Shown: positions 50,959 to 61,428, counted from the first letter of the stretch. The stretch is 64,000 nucleotides of DNA from Dehalococcoidia bacterium (GCA_965220545.1 CBDCQF010000006.1:5408-69407); one strand, 5' to 3'. Notes: a model not told the origin generated them from the letters alone. A program made the numbers and translations.

Positions 50959-53900
50959 ATGACAACGGTTGATGCCTCATTGCTTCAGGCGCTGGAATGG
51001 CGGAGTGTCGGGCCGTTCAGAGGAGGCCGCGTTCTTGCCGTGGCCGGTGACCCCGGCAACCTGGCTACGTTCTACTTCGGATGCTGCGGTGGAGGCGTGT
51101 GGAAGACCAACAACGGCGGCGTTTTCTGGGAGAACATATCGGACGGCTATTTCAAGACTGGGGCGGTGGGCGCTATGGCCATCTCCGAGGCCGACCCTAA
51201 CGTAATCTACGTGGGGATGGGCGAAGCCTGTCTCCGGGGCAACATATCCCACGGGGACGGGGTCTACAAGTCCACGGACAAAGGTAAAACCTGGACGCAT
51301 CTGGGGCTTGAGGACACCCGCCACATCGGACGGGTGCGGATTCATCCCAAAGACCCCGATACGGTGTACGTGGCCGCCCTGGGTCACGCCTTCGGCCCCA
51401 ACGAGGAACGCGGCGTCTTTCGCTCCAGGGATGGAGGCAAGAACTGGGAGAAGGTGCTCTACAAGAGTGAAAACGCCGGCGCCGTCGATCTCTCCATAGA
51501 CTTGACCAACCCCAGGGTGCTCTATGCCGTTATCTGGGAAGCCAGACGCATGCCCTACGACATAAGAAGCGGCGGCCCCGACAGCGGGCTGTGGCGTTCC
51601 AGGGATGGTGGGGATAGCTGGGAAGATATCTCCGCCGCTCCGGGTTTGCCCACAGGGGTAATGGGCCGCATAGGCGTGGCCTCCTCCCCGGCCAGACAGG
51701 GCCGCGTTTGGGCTTTGATAGAGGCGGAGGGCGGAGGGATGTTCCGCTCCGATGACGGCGGCGAGACCTGGGAGAAGACCTCCGGCCAGGGGGATCTGCT
51801 CAGCAGGCCGTTCTACTACACGCACGCCTTTGCCCACCCCACGGATCCGGATACCTGCTACGTTCTGAGCAACCGCAACTGGAAGTCGACCGATGGCGGT
51901 CGCACTTTCACCAGGTTCCTCACCCCGCACGACGACAACCACGACATGTGGATAGACCCCGCCAACCCCGACCGTATGGTCCACGGCAACGATGAAGGGG
52001 CCAGCGTTTCCTACAACGGCGGAGAGACCTGGACGCGGCTCGACAACCAGCCAACCTCACAGTTTTACCACGTGATCACGGACAACCAGTTCCCCTACAG
52101 GATATACGGAGCGCAGCAGGACTGCAGCACCATAACCATACCGAGCAGGTCGCATAGCGGCGCCATAACCAGCAACGATTGGTATGCCGTTGGGGGAGGG
52201 GAGAGCGGCTATATAGCAGTCCGTTCGGACGACCCCAATATCGTCTATGCCGGTCACCACGTCAACGGAAGGGTCACGCGATACGACCACCGTACGGGCC
52301 AGGGACGTGACATCAAGGTATGGCCGGAAGCCGCCATGGGATGGGGAGCCAAGGACGTCAAGTACCGCTTCCAGTGGACGTTCCCCATTGTGCTCTCTCC
52401 TCACGATCCAAACGTTCTCTACGTGACCGGCAACCACGTCTTCCGCACCACAAACGAAGGCTCCAGCTGGGACGTCGTCAGTCCGGACCTGACTCGCAAC
52501 GACACTTCCAAGATGGATGCGCCGGGCGGGCCGGTTACCAAGGAGTTCACCAACGTTGAGTACTACGGAACGGTGTTCACCTTTGCCGAGTCGCCGGTGC
52601 AGAAGGGCGTGTTGTGGGCGGGTTCCGACGACGGCTTGGTGCACGTCTCGCAGGACAACGGCGAGACGTGGCAAAACGTAACGCCTCCCGATCTGCCCGA
52701 GTGGGCTATGATCAGCATAGTCGAGCCCTCACCCCATGACGCGGCAAGGGCATACTTTGCCGCCACCCGCTACAAGTCCGACGATTTCACTCCTTACCTT
52801 TACAGGACGGGGGATTACGGCGAAACCTGGCAGCGGATCACCGGCGGATTGCCGGACGACGACTTCACCAGGGTCATCCGCGAGGACCCGTCCAAGCCGG
52901 GTCTTCTCTATGCAGGCACCGAAACCGGCGTATATGTCTCCTTTGACGATGGGGAGAACTGGCAATCGCTGCAACAGAACCTGCCCGCAGTACCCATCCA
53001 CGATTTCGTCATCAAGGAGAACGACTTAGTGGTGGCTACCCACGGACGCTCTTTCTGGGTGCTGGACGACCTCACTCCTCTGCACGAAATGACGGATGGC
53101 CTTGACAAAGCCGATGCGCATTTGTTCCAACCAAGGACGGCCTACAGGTTCCCCGTGCGGCGAGGAGGTCTCGGCGGCAGTGAGGGGCGCAACTACGATA
53201 GGGGAGACGGAGCCATCATCTTCAGCTGGGACCAGACCACGTCGCCGGAGGGACAGCCCATCCGGCGGTTCCTGGATGCCGGGGCAAACCCGCCGGACGG
53301 CGTCACCGTCAGCTACTACCTTAAAGAAGAGCCTGAGGAAGAGGTGCTCCTCACCTTTGAGGACCAGCGCGGTGAAGTCATCAAGTCGTTCTCCAGCGTG
53401 CTGAGCAGCGCGAACAAGGATGACCTCCGCGTGTCGGCCGGACAGGGCCTGAACAGGTTCGTCTGGGACATGCGCTACCCCGACGCTGTCAAGCACTCCA
53501 GCAGCGTGGGAGCGGAGGGATACTTCTCCACGCTGAGGGGCCCCATGGCGCCTCCCGGCACATACACGGTCGCTTTGTCTGTAGCCGGTAAGAGGTTGGC
53601 GCAAACCTTTGAGATAAGGAAGAACCCTCTCATTACGGCAAGCCAGGACGACATTGAGGCCGAGTTCCAGTTGCTGCTGCAAATCAGGGACAAGGTTTCA
53701 GAGTCCCAGGAGGCGGTGCGACGGCTGCAGAGCATTCGCGACCAGTTGGAAGGCTGGGTGAGCCGCACTGAAGGAACGCAGGCCCACGAGGCCGTGGATC
53801 AGGCGGCGCAGGGAATCAAAGAGAAGCTCGCCGTAATCGAAGAGGAGCTGGCTAGGACTGCTCCCGGCCAGCCGATGAAGCTGGGCGACAAGCTGGCTGG

Positions 53901-54084
53901 CCTGAGTGTGATAGTTGCCAGCGCTGATGAGAGGCCGACGCAACAATCCTACGATGTGTACCAGGATGTCGGCGCGCGCGTTGACCTGCAGACCGATAGC
54001 CTACGGCAGATAGAAGAGAACGACCTGCGGCAGTTCGTAGAAGTTCTCAACGAGCTTGGCGTGCCGTCGGTTAAATCTGGATAG
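50959..54084 (+). CDS. VPS10/sortilin-like BNR beta-propeller protein, paralog 2
   Basis: WRSVGPFRGGR, Asp-boxes, ATHGRSFWVLDD; collinear with paralog 1; no signal peptide. Confidence 0.85.
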   Translation: MTTVDASLLQALEWRSVGPFRGGRVLAVAGDPGNLATFYFGCCGGGVWKTNNGGVFWENISDGYFKTGAVGAMAISEADPNVIYVGMGEACLRGNISHGDGVYKSTDKGKTWTHLGLEDTRHIGRVRIHPKDPDTVYVAALGHAFGPNEERGVFRSRDGGKNWEKVLYKSENAGAVDLSIDLTNPRVLYAVIWEARRMPYDIRSGGPDSGLWRSRDGGDSWEDISAAPGLPTGVMGRIGVASSPARQGRVWALIEAEGGGMFRSDDGGETWEKTSGQGDLLSRPFYYTHAFAHPTDPDTCYVLSNRNWKSTDGGRTFTRFLTPHDDNHDMWIDPANPDRMVHGNDEGASVSYNGGETWTRLDNQPTSQFYHVITDNQFPYRIYGAQQDCSTITIPSRSHSGAITSNDWYAVGGGESGYIAVRSDDPNIVYAGHHVNGRVTRYDHRTGQGRDIKVWPEAAMGWGAKDVKYRFQWTFPIVLSPHDPNVLYVTGNHVFRTTNEGSSWDVVSPDLTRNDTSKMDAPGGPVTKEFTNVEYYGTVFTFAESPVQKGVLWAGSDDGLVHVSQDNGETWQNVTPPDLPEWAMISIVEPSPHDAARAYFAATRYKSDDFTPYLYRTGDYGETWQRITGGLPDDDFTRVIREDPSKPGLLYAGTETGVYVSFDDGENWQSLQQNLPAVPIHDFVIKENDLVVATHGRSFWVLDDLTPLHEMTDGLDKADAHLFQPRTAYRFPVRRGGLGGSEGRNYDRGDGAIIFSWDQTTSPEGQPIRRFLDAGANPPDGVTVSYYLKEEPEEEVLLTFEDQRGEVIKSFSSVLSSANKDDLRVSAGQGLNRFVWDMRYPDAVKHSSSVGAEGYFSTLRGPMAPPGTYTVALSVAGKRLAQTFEIRKNPLITASQDDIEAEFQLLLQIRDKVSESQEAVRRLQSIRDQLEGWVSRTEGTQAHEAVDQAAQGIKEKLAVIEEELARTAPGQPMKLGDKLAGLSVIVASADERPTQQSYDVYQDVGARVDLQTDSLRQIEENDLRQFVEVLNELGVPSVKSG

Positions 54085-54166
54085 CTGCAATGAATCTATT
54101 GACATACCCATGAACGTATGTTGTCATATGTAGGCTTTTGTATTGTTCAACCTCAGGGAGGGTGCG

Positions 54167-56053
54167 ATGAAATTGAGACATTTATTGGGCTTGGCCTTGG
54201 CTCTGGGCCTTGTTTTTTCCCTAGCTTGTGGAGCCACGGAAGAGGAACCGGATACTCCGGATACTCCTGACGCTCCTGCAGCTCCTACAGCCACGGCTAC
54301 CCCTGTACCCGAGTTCACTCCTACTACCCCGGATATTGTAATTCCGACCGCCACGCCAGTACCAGCGCCGGGCGTGACGGCTGTGCCGCAGCCGACTGCC
54401 ACGCCTACTCCGGTACCGGTTGTTGAACCGGACCGGTACGGAGGCACCCTGGTGGCGCCTTACGGATCAGGTTCCTGGCGCTTCGACTTGAATAGTCGGG
54501 TCGGTTTCTCTTGGGGTCAGATAGGGAAGATAGGCAACGTCTACGGACAGCTTATTCGCATAAACCTCACGGACCGCGTCACCGTAGAGCCGGACCTGGC
54601 GGAATCCTGGTCTGCCGAAAGTGCAACCGAATTCAAGTTCACGCTCAGGGAAGGTCTGGTTGACCACGAGGGCAACCCCTTCACCATAGATGACGTCTAC
54701 TGGCAGATGTACCGCTACGTTGAAAAGCCCAACGGACTCCAAGCCAGGCAGCAAGGATGCGTAACGACATACGTAGCCCCGATTGAGGACGAAAACGGCA
54801 ACGTGGTGGACAACCCTGGCGCGGAGATAACGGGCCCCAATGAGTTGACGGTGCGGCTCAAGGCGCCCAGGAGCGCTTTCGTCCCCTGCTTCTCCGGCGC
54901 TTGGGTCCTCTTCGGTCCCGATACATACACCAAGCCTATAGACACCGACCCCAGCGGTGGGCGTGACCTGGCTCCGGATGAGCAGTTGGGTACCGGCCCG
55001 TTCATGGTCACCAGCAGCACCATCGACAGCAACGAGGTCTGGGAGCGCAACCCCAACTTCTTCCGCGAGGGCCTTCCATACCTGGACAGCGTCGAATTGG
55101 TCCAGATGGCCGATAGGACGACCCGTATCGCTGCTTTCAGGGCAGGCCGAATTGACCTGACCGGCATCTTCGACAATCAGCCCAGGCGCGGTGACGCGGA
55201 GCGGTTGATAGCCGACATTCCGGAAGACTTCACCTTCTCCCTAATCACTGCTCTGGGATGGAGGGGTCAGACCATCAACGTCACCAGGCCGCCATTAGGC
55301 CCCATAGGAGATCCAACGGCAGATACGCTGCGCCGGGTGATCCAGATGGGCACCAACAGGCAGGAGATAAACCTGCTCTCGTATGACAACACGGGCACAC
55401 TCTCTACCCCCTACTTCTTTGGTTGGGAATGGATCAACACCCCGGAAGAGTGGTATGAGAAGCTTCCTGGATTCAACCCGGATCCCATGGTCAAGGAAGA
55501 ATTGATAAAAGAGGCGCAAGGCCTGATGCAGAGCCTGGGCTACGGTCCGGACAACCTGTTCGAGGTAGACATTCTCTGCTCCACCTTTAGCAAGACGGAG
55601 TGCGAAGGCATCCTTGCCCACTACGAGCGCGACCTCTACATCAAGGGCACGGTTGAGGGCTACGTAGACTCGGCTACCCGCAACTCCAAGAGAGACTCCG
55701 GCGACTTCACGATGGAAATAGCGTTCAGCAACGGCGTAGCCTTCCCCGACCCGGACGCATTCAACCTGCTGCCGTTCCTGCCCAACTACAAGGGCGGCAA
55801 CAACCCCACCGGTTGGGACAACCCGGAGTGGATGTCTCGGTTCGAGCAGCAACTGGTGCTCGACTCTCAGGATGAAAGAGGCCCCGTTCTGGCTGAAATG
55901 GCCCAGATCCTCTACGATGACGCCGCTATGATAGGGACGCTTCGCCCTGGACTGGTCCACGGCATGAGGACCAACATCCATGACTACGTGCCGCCGTTCA
56001 TCCACGCCGGCAACTACTCACTGGAGAATGTCTGGCTTAGCGACATGATGTAA
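54167..56053 (+). CDS. Opp/Dpp-type (family 5) ABC substrate-binding lipoprotein with Pro/Thr linker
   Basis: Lipobox SLAC, PT-rich stalk, PDLAESW, FTLREG, GTGPF, ERNPNFF...GLPYLD. Confidence 0.9.
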   Translation: MKLRHLLGLALALGLVFSLACGATEEEPDTPDTPDAPAAPTATATPVPEFTPTTPDIVIPTATPVPAPGVTAVPQPTATPTPVPVVEPDRYGGTLVAPYGSGSWRFDLNSRVGFSWGQIGKIGNVYGQLIRINLTDRVTVEPDLAESWSAESATEFKFTLREGLVDHEGNPFTIDDVYWQMYRYVEKPNGLQARQQGCVTTYVAPIEDENGNVVDNPGAEITGPNELTVRLKAPRSAFVPCFSGAWVLFGPDTYTKPIDTDPSGGRDLAPDEQLGTGPFMVTSSTIDSNEVWERNPNFFREGLPYLDSVELVQMADRTTRIAAFRAGRIDLTGIFDNQPRRGDAERLIADIPEDFTFSLITALGWRGQTINVTRPPLGPIGDPTADTLRRVIQMGTNRQEINLLSYDNTGTLSTPYFFGWEWINTPEEWYEKLPGFNPDPMVKEELIKEAQGLMQSLGYGPDNLFEVDILCSTFSKTECEGILAHYERDLYIKGTVEGYVDSATRNSKRDSGDFTMEIAFSNGVAFPDPDAFNLLPFLPNYKGGNNPTGWDNPEWMSRFEQQLVLDSQDERGPVLAEMAQILYDDAAMIGTLRPGLVHGMRTNIHDYVPPFIHAGNYSLENVWLSDMM

Positions 56054-56080
56054 CCGCCGGTTAAGCGTATGTGATAAACT

Positions 56081-57082
56081 ATGGCCGCCATCACTGGCGG
56101 CCATAGTTTATCTGGAGGGATATTGCGTAAATACATCATAAGAAGAGTCATACTCTTCATTCCAACGCTGATTGGCGTCTCCATCGCCATCTTCATAATC
56201 CTGCGCGTTATCCCCGGCGACATTGCCTCCATCATCCTGGGCGGGCCGTCCGGTGAGGGAGCCTACTCGCTTGAAGAGTTGGAGGAGCTCCGCGAGCAGT
56301 TGGGTTTGAATCGTCCCATTGTGGTCCAGTACTTTGACTGGGCATGGAGCATGCTCAGAGGAGACTTGGGCGACTCCTACCTGCTGAGCCGCCCCATTTC
56401 GGATGAGTTGAGGAGGCAGTTCCCGGTCACGCTTCAACTCGCCTTCTTCACCGCGCTGGTTGTCAGCGCCATAGCCATACCCATAGGCATATTGGCCGCT
56501 ATCAAACGTGATTCTTGGTTGGACGTGGCACTCCGCGGCTGGGCCATACTGGGGCTGGCCGCGCCCACCTTCTTTGTTGCTATTCTGTTCATACTGGGCC
56601 TCTCCCTCTATTTCAGGTGGCTGCCGCCGGTGGGCTTCGTCAACATGTGGGATGATCCCGTGACCAGCTTCCAGCAATTGATCTTCCCCGCAATGGCGCT
56701 TGGGTTCAGCAGCAATGGCCTGCTGCTGAGGATGACGCGCACGCAGCTCTTGGAGGTGATGGGAGAGGACTATGTGAGGACGGCCAGGGCAAAGGGCCTG
56801 GGAGAGCGTATTGTCATCTGGCGGCACGCCGTACGCAATGCACTGCTCCCCGTTGTGACAATCGGCGGCTTTCAGATTGGTGGGCTGCTGTCGGGGACTA
56901 TAGTAATAGAGACCGTGTTTAACATACCCGGCGTCGGATTGGGGCTGGTCAGAGGTCTCAACGCCAGGGACATGCCTCTGATTCAAGTGTACATCCTCTA
57001 TTTCGCGGCAATGGCGCTGGCAGTGAACCTGATCGTCGATCTCACCTACGCCTGGTTGGATCCACGGATACGTTACGAGTAG
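56081..57082 (+). CDS. Opp/Dpp ABC permease (DppB-like)
   Basis: LGLNRPIVVQY, DYVRTARAKGL, IETVFNIPG, LDPRIRY. Confidence 0.92.
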   Translation: MAAITGGHSLSGGILRKYIIRRVILFIPTLIGVSIAIFIILRVIPGDIASIILGGPSGEGAYSLEELEELREQLGLNRPIVVQYFDWAWSMLRGDLGDSYLLSRPISDELRRQFPVTLQLAFFTALVVSAIAIPIGILAAIKRDSWLDVALRGWAILGLAAPTFFVAILFILGLSLYFRWLPPVGFVNMWDDPVTSFQQLIFPAMALGFSSNGLLLRMTRTQLLEVMGEDYVRTARAKGLGERIVIWRHAVRNALLPVVTIGGFQIGGLLSGTIVIETVFNIPGVGLGLVRGLNARDMPLIQVYILYFAAMALAVNLIVDLTYAWLDPRIRYE

Positions 57083-57089
57083 GAGCGAT

Positions 57090-58001
57090 ATGGCTAGACA
57101 GCCTGAAGGAACCGTAATCCAGGAATCGTTTAGGGGGCAGACTCCGGCCAGGTGGTATGCCTACCTCCGCTCCTTTGCCCGCTTCATGCGTACTAAGCCG
57201 CTGGGAGCAATAGGAGTTATTCTGATTGTTCTGTTTGTCTTGCTGGCAATAGCCGCGCCATCGGTTTCACCGCGTGATCCTGCTGAAATAGACGCTTTCA
57301 ACATACTCGGTTCACCCACGTCCGAGCACATGTTCGGCACGGATATGCTGGGACGCGATATGCTCAGCCGGACTATATGGGGATCTCGAGTCTCCATCTT
57401 CGTTGGGCTTGTCTCGATGATAGGCGCCAGCATAGTGGGCGCCGCGCTTGGTGTCACCAGCGCTTATTTCGTCGGCAAGTTCGACTTGATTGTGCAGCGC
57501 TTCATAGACGCTCTAACCGCCTTTCCCTCGCTGCTGCTGGCTATGGCTTTGGTCGCTGCCTTCGGTTCGTCGTTCATAAACGTGATAGCGGCGCTGGTCA
57601 TCGTGTTCACACCAAGGATCACGCGCGTCGTTCGATCCGTGGCGCTCAGCATCAAGGAAATGCCGTACGTAGAATCCAGCCGCGCCATCGGTTCGAACGA
57701 TGTACGTATCATGTTCAGGCACATACTTCCCAATACATTCGCCTCTTTGATCATCGTGTCCTCCGGTTTGATCGGCAGCGCCATCGTAATCGAAGCGTCG
57801 TTGAGCTTCCTTGGAGTGGGCACAACCAACCTCATCTCGTGGGGCGGCTTGCTCAGCGGAGAGGTGATGCAGTTCTTCACAGCCGCGCCCTGGATCGTTC
57901 TCTTCCCGGGAGTAGCCCTGACGCTCCTCGTCTTTGGAGTGAACGTGTTGGGAGACGCTCTGCGCGACGTTCTGGATCCAAGGTTGAGGGGCAGAAACTA
58001 G
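57090..58001 (+). CDS. Opp/Dpp ABC permease (DppC-like)
   Basis: FGTDMLGRD, RHILPN, EASLSFLG, GDALRDVLDPR. Confidence 0.92.
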   Translation: MARQPEGTVIQESFRGQTPARWYAYLRSFARFMRTKPLGAIGVILIVLFVLLAIAAPSVSPRDPAEIDAFNILGSPTSEHMFGTDMLGRDMLSRTIWGSRVSIFVGLVSMIGASIVGAALGVTSAYFVGKFDLIVQRFIDALTAFPSLLLAMALVAAFGSSFINVIAALVIVFTPRITRVVRSVALSIKEMPYVESSRAIGSNDVRIMFRHILPNTFASLIIVSSGLIGSAIVIEASLSFLGVGTTNLISWGGLLSGEVMQFFTAAPWIVLFPGVALTLLVFGVNVLGDALRDVLDPRLRGRN

Positions 58002-58038
58002 CTACCCCCGGAGGTTTGGCTCTAGCAAGAGGGAGGCC

Positions 58039-58248
58039 ATGAGCAGGACCGAGGAAGCCGGAGACGAGCTTTTTCAGATGATACTGGACCTCTACGGCGA
58101 CCGGCTAACTAGCCAGGAGACCGACGAGATACGGAAGATAGTCCGCAGAATTGCTGATACCGCGGGTGAGTTGCGCTCTGTACAGCTTGGCAACAGCGAT
58201 GAGCCTATGGCCCTGTTCCAGCCGTATTCCGGTGAAGATGAATCCTGA
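58039..58248 (+). CDS. Small GatC/AtzG-like amidase partner protein
   Basis: 69 aa, GGAGG RBS, helical, C-terminal LGNSDEPMALFQP; overlaps the amidase start. Confidence 0.6.
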   Translation: MSRTEEAGDELFQMILDLYGDRLTSQETDEIRKIVRRIADTAGELRSVQLGNSDEPMALFQPYSGEDES

Positions 58249-59641
58249 CGTTGTGTTCACCCCACTGCGCGACCTTGCCGAACTGGTGCGCACAAGACAG
58301 GTCTCTTCCCTGGAGCTGACCGGAACGTTCCTCGATAGACTGGAGGCTTACGGTCCCAGGTACAACGCCGTGGTGACGGTGACGACCGAGCGAGCCACGC
58401 GGTTAGCCGGCCGCGCCGACGAGGAGATCAAGGCGGGAAACTACAGGGGCCCTTTGCACGGCATTCCATACGGCGTCAAAGACCTGCTCGCCACCTCCGG
58501 CGGCATACCGACCACCTGGGGCGCGGCGCCCTTCCGCAATCAGACCTTCGACTACGATGCCACGGTAATCAGGAAGCTGGAGGACGCAGGAGCCGTTCTT
58601 ACAGCCAAGCTGGCCATGGTCGAGCTGGCCGGCGGTCTCGGCTACCGCTACCCCGAAGCCTCCTTCAGCGGGCCGGGGATCAATCCTTGGAATAGCGCTT
58701 ACTGGACGGGCGGCTCTTCCAGCGGGTCCGGCGCCGCCGTTTCCGCGGGGCTCGTCCCCTTCGCCCTGGGCTCGGAAACCGGCGGCTCCATACTTTCCCC
58801 TTCCAGCAGCTGCGGCGTGACCGGAATGAGGGCCACCTACGGTAGAGTAAGCCGTTACGGAGCAATGGCGCTGAGTTGGACGCTGGATAAGATAGGTCCC
58901 ATTGGGCTTACCGCTAACGATTGTGGAATTGTCTTGGACGTCATCGCGGGCTGGGACCCATCAGATCCATCCTCTACTAAACGGCCATACCGGTACGATC
59001 CCCAGTATTCCTTCAACGGCCGGCCCAGGCTTGCCGTAGTTAGCGACGACACCCATGGGCTCCCGGCCGACGTACGGGCCAATTTCGAAGAGTCTCTGCG
59101 TATACTCTCCGCCGAAGCCGATATCACTGAGATCAAGGCGCCGGACTTCCCCTACGAGGCCGTCAATCAAACGATTCTCCAGGTCGAATCGGTCAGTGCG
59201 TTCGAGGACCTGATAGAGAGCGGGGTCGTTGCCGAGCTTACCGATCCCGGAAACCACTACGGCGGCTACGCACGTACCGCCGTGCTGGCCCGTGATTACC
59301 TGCGGGCCTTGCGCATCAGGCGCAAGGTTGCTCTGGAGATAGACGACCTGCTCTCCAACTATGACGCCATAGTTTCCCCCACAAAGCCGCTGACTTCCGT
59401 CCCCTTTGGAGAGGAGAAGGGCAGCGATGTGTCGCCTGCACCCCGGAATACGGTCAGCTCATTGGCAAACTTGGCCGGGTTGCCCGCTATTTCGGTGCCC
59501 AACGGCTTTGGCGACCATAATCTGCCCACGGGCCTGCGATTTACGGGAAGGGCCTACAGGGAGAACACCATTCTGGCCCTGGCTCGCAGATACCAGTCGC
59601 TTACCGGCTGGCATCTGGAGCACCCGGAAGTGGCAGCGTGA
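58238..59641 (+). CDS. Amidase-signature family enzyme
   Basis: GPLHGIPYGVKDL, GGSSSGSGAAV, GSETGGSI (Lys-cisSer-Ser triad). Confidence 0.92.
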   Translation: MNPDVVFTPLRDLAELVRTRQVSSLELTGTFLDRLEAYGPRYNAVVTVTTERATRLAGRADEEIKAGNYRGPLHGIPYGVKDLLATSGGIPTTWGAAPFRNQTFDYDATVIRKLEDAGAVLTAKLAMVELAGGLGYRYPEASFSGPGINPWNSAYWTGGSSSGSGAAVSAGLVPFALGSETGGSILSPSSSCGVTGMRATYGRVSRYGAMALSWTLDKIGPIGLTANDCGIVLDVIAGWDPSDPSSTKRPYRYDPQYSFNGRPRLAVVSDDTHGLPADVRANFEESLRILSAEADITEIKAPDFPYEAVNQTILQVESVSAFEDLIESGVVAELTDPGNHYGGYARTAVLARDYLRALRIRRKVALEIDDLLSNYDAIVSPTKPLTSVPFGEEKGSDVSPAPRNTVSSLANLAGLPAISVPNGFGDHNLPTGLRFTGRAYRENTILALARRYQSLTGWHLEHPEVAA

Positions 59642-59668
59642 CATGGTTGATGTGGATTGGAGCGCAGC

Positions 59669-60196
59669 ATGATTAAGCGTATAGCAAGAGTCCTCATATT
59701 CGACGGCCAGCTATACGAAGACGTGCGTGAAGGACAGACCGCTACCTTGGAAGCGCTGGCCGTGGTCCTTCTGGGTGGCATGTCTATAGCGCTGGGCTTG
59801 ATTCTTGGCGTAGCCAGCGAGAACGACCTGGCGGGCCGTGGGGTAATACTGTTCAGAAGTCTCTCCGCGGCTGTAGCGGGATGGATAGCGGTTAGCCTCC
59901 TCGCTATGGTCATAGGCAGGTTGGTGAGGAGGAAGACCGTCCTCACCCATACGCTCCGCACCGTGGGATATGCAAACGCTCCCGGCATATTCACAATCGT
60001 GATAGTGGTGGCTTCCAGCAATCAGTCGTTTGCCCTGATGCTCAATGCATTGATACTGGGCTGGATAGTGCTAACTATTTCGCAGGCAGTCAGCCGGAGC
60101 ATAGACATGCCGTTCTCGGTGGGACTTTGGGCGGGGTTGGTGGGAATACTGATAATGGTATCGATAAGAAACGTATTTACCAGCGTGCTGCTTTAG
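59669..60196 (+). CDS. Membrane protein, Yip1-like
   Basis: About five hydrophobic helices, LRTVGYANAP motif. Confidence 0.65.
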   Translation: MIKRIARVLIFDGQLYEDVREGQTATLEALAVVLLGGMSIALGLILGVASENDLAGRGVILFRSLSAAVAGWIAVSLLAMVIGRLVRRKTVLTHTLRTVGYANAPGIFTIVIVVASSNQSFALMLNALILGWIVLTISQAVSRSIDMPFSVGLWAGLVGILIMVSIRNVFTSVLL

Positions 60197-60363
60197 GTAT
60201 AATGGGGGCTGTTTTTGCAAGGAAGGGATGGGAGCTAATCGTAACAAGCATGGTAAAGGCAGTGGTAATCCGCAGTCAGCTGGTGTAAGGCGTCTCAATG
60301 CTCTTCCAATACAAGCAAATTTCGTCACATGCGGCGTATCTGTAGTTGAAGTACGGCGTGGGC

Positions 60364-61413
60364 ATGCAGAGCACAGAAGAACCAAGTCAAATAGGCGCTG
60401 AACCGGGAGATTCCGCAACAGTGCCAAGAAAAAATCGGAAGTACCTGCTTCCTGCCCAGATAGTAGTCGGATTGGGGCTTAGCGCGGTCTTGATCTGGCT
60501 GCTGTTCCGCGGCCTGGACTGGGCGAGGCTCTTTGAAACCCTGACGGCTTTTCCAATATATCTTTTCCTGCTGGCTCTGGGTGTGTTCCTCGTCGGTATC
60601 GCGGCAAGAGCCATGCGTTGGTACATACTGCTGCCCGGGGAACAGCTGAGCTTCTTGCGCCTGTTTCTCATACAGAACGCGGGTATAGGCCTGAACAATC
60701 TGTCGCCTGTGCGGCTGGTCAGCGAGCCGGTGCAGTTGGCTCTGGTGGTAAGGCGGGGCGGCGTCAATACGGCCACCGCGCTTGCCACGCTGGTTGTGGA
60801 ACATCTCATGGACGTATTCGCGGTGGCCGTCATCCTCGCCATCAGCCTCGTTGCCCTGCCGCAGCTGCGGGGCTTCAGCATTCAGGTGGGCGCCGTGATC
60901 ATACTGGCATTCCTTACCTTGGTAGTGCTTTTTGCCGTGGCCAAGGGAATGGATGCCGTGCCGGGATCCAAGAGACTCCCGTTCCTACACAAAGCTCTGG
61001 CCGCTGTCAAAGCCCTGGGGAGCTCACCGCTGCGTCTGTTCCTTTCGTTCATGTCCACGTTGGTCCACTGGGGACTTCTCAGCTTGAGCGGTTGGATAAT
61101 AGCTCAGGGTGTTGGCATAGACATCTCGGTGGCCGCTATGGTTGTGATCATTATGGGAAGCGTATTCTTCGTTTCCATAGTGCCCTCGGCTCCGGGCGGC
61201 ATTGGAACGTTCCACGGCGCAGTGGTGTTCACAATGGGGCGACTGGGCATACTCAGCGAACCGGCGCTGGTCTTTGGCTTCATCATGCACATAATCCTGT
61301 TCATTCCATCGACACTGATAGCGATTATAGTGCTGCCCAGAGAAGGCATACGACTCTTCGGCAAGTCTCCAAACCTGGCGGTGAATGGCGGCAAGGAGGA
61401 GAAGACCCGGTGA
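60364..61413 (+). CDS. Lysylphosphatidylglycerol-synthase TM / flippase-like (UPF0104) protein
   Basis: RAMRW, NNLSPVRLVSE, LVVEHLMD, PSAPGGIGTF. Confidence 0.85.
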   Translation: MQSTEEPSQIGAEPGDSATVPRKNRKYLLPAQIVVGLGLSAVLIWLLFRGLDWARLFETLTAFPIYLFLLALGVFLVGIAARAMRWYILLPGEQLSFLRLFLIQNAGIGLNNLSPVRLVSEPVQLALVVRRGGVNTATALATLVVEHLMDVFAVAVILAISLVALPQLRGFSIQVGAVIILAFLTLVVLFAVAKGMDAVPGSKRLPFLHKALAAVKALGSSPLRLFLSFMSTLVHWGLLSLSGWIIAQGVGIDISVAAMVVIIMGSVFFVSIVPSAPGGIGTFHGAVVFTMGRLGILSEPALVFGFIMHIILFIPSTLIAIIVLPREGIRLFGKSPNLAVNGGKEEKTR

Positions 61414-61428
61414 CGTGCGGGGGCTTCT

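Noticed and set aside
54240-54425. Pro/Thr low-complexity repeats (also 20255-20430) as independent repeat elements
   Set aside because: They encode ordinary lipoprotein linker stalks
60228-60401. Short ORF in the AT-richer gap upstream of the flippase-like gene
   Set aside because: No recognisable motif, and it overlaps the next gene's start in another frame; cannot be supported
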